Assembly: GCA_000004985.1 (NCBI GenBank)
Contig: GG738850.1
Reading direction: 5' to 3' (one strand)
DNA from: Naegleria gruberi
Lineage: Eukaryota
Length of the DNA: 64,000 bases
Part shown: positions 63,519-64,000 of the stretch, piece after piece
Numbering within the stretch: the stretch's first letter is position 1
Layout of the letters: each line of letters begins with the position of its first letter
Translations under genes and position numbers: made by a program
Notes under the pieces: generated by a model
The model's database searches: none
The model's input: the letters and a program-made list of their open reading frames with translations, nothing else
What the model was told of the DNA's origin: nothing

Positions 63519-64000
63519 TTTTTTTATCAATGCTCCTGTCGAATGGAATTCTCATGTCAATATTTATTTGTTCCATTGAAAATTCATTAACTACACGTGT
63601 AAAAAACACTGCAAAACCATTTAAAAATTATTTGTAAATTTCAAATTTTCATGTCTGCTGCTTGTCCAAGGAAATTGAGATGTTTCAATCATATAGGAAT
63701 TAAGCGAAATATAGACCCAGCGTGAGAACTCTAGAATACACAATATAACATTCGAATAATAGATCAATGACACAAGCAATCTGTCTCAACACTACTTCCG
63801 TCTTTTTAGAGAAAAAGTCGTTTTTTGAGGTTTCCACAGTGAAAGAGAGATTAACTTTCAAAAAAATGCCATCAGTCAAACACATCAGATTTTATCTTCC
63901 TTTGGTATTAGTTTTCTTTCTTTTCGTAACCAGTATCAACTTCAAATAATCTCTTTACCAGAAGTCTTTCTAATATTTCTTTTACTCAACCGGTTACAGA

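Noticed and set aside
1-64000. A prokaryotic interpretation: operons, CRISPR arrays, defence islands or phage.
   Set aside because: There are no direct-repeat/spacer arrays, no rRNA and no Shine-Dalgarno-spaced polycistrons. Genes have spliceosomal introns, and products are eukaryote-specific (cohesin kleisin, APC/C, CEP44, axonemal dynein, POMP, sedlin). This is nuclear eukaryotic DNA.
1-64000. Taking the ORF-track 'M' start codons at face value.
   Set aside because: Many of the track's 'M' residues correspond to TTG or GTG in the sequence, for example at 4211, 6023, 24253, 27454, 28037, 30985, 41714, 42213, 57657, 60822 and 63530. For a eukaryotic nuclear gene I re-set each start to the first in-frame ATG, or to an upstream exon found by splicing.
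1-64000. Transposons, LTRs, inverted terminal repeats, integrase or reverse-transcriptase ORFs.
   Set aside because: No ORF shows RT, integrase, transposase or helitron motifs. The only repeats seen are simple AT/TAA microsatellites and charged low-complexity coding tracts.

Overview
This window is a 64-kb stretch of an AT-rich, very gene-dense eukaryotic nuclear genome, not prokaryotic. It holds about 41 protein-coding genes on both strands, with typical intergenic gaps of 20-400 bp. I found at least 15 short spliceosomal GT-AG introns of 37-129 nt, plus one 239-nt intron; two or three of these (those in the 56040..57012 gene and the PPTC7-like gene, and the in-frame TRAPPC2 intron 1) are tentative. 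Donors are mostly GTAAGT, GTATGT or GTAGGT, and acceptors are YAG preceded by a T-rich tract. Coding regions carry abundant low-complexity K/E, S, N and Q tracts. I found no rRNA, no convincing tRNA, no CRISPR array and no transposon. The supplied ORF track often starts ORFs at TTG or GTG, so I re-set starts to the first in-frame ATG. Several adjacent track ORFs are merged across short introns: 13112..15091 with 15161..17020, 17348..17794 with 17936..18808, 19230..19559 with 19611..20705, 25382..27454 with 27588..28037, and the four ENPP ORFs. Most genes are recognisable by strong motif and sequence similarity, recalled from memory, to known families. These are the m-AAA protease, Rad21 kleisin, RNF121-like RING ligase, GNL3/Nug1 GTPase, Dnmt2/TRDMT1, CEP44, axonemal dynein intermediate chain DNAI1, glutaryl-CoA dehydrogenase, POMP/Ump1, propionyl-CoA carboxylase alpha, two RCC1-like proteins, a bacterial-type solute-binding-protein-3-like secreted protein, two F-box proteins, a CPBP/Abi protease, a TLC-domain protein, APC2 and APC5, sedlin/TRAPPC2, a WD40 protein, a UBA-UBX protein, a Ser/Thr kinase fused to Sel1 repeats, a PPTC7-like PP2C phosphatase and an ENPP-family phosphodiesterase. 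The presence of CEP44 and an outer-arm dynein intermediate chain implies a flagellated protist with aerobic mitochondria. The exact taxon cannot be fixed from sequence; the genome style resembles an amoeboflagellate such as a heterolobosean, but that is speculation. The most unusual items are the intron-containing SBP_bac_3-like extracellular protein, the kinase-Sel1 fusion, a PPTC7-like gene with a frame discontinuity, and a run of convergent gene pairs whose stop codons abut or overlap.
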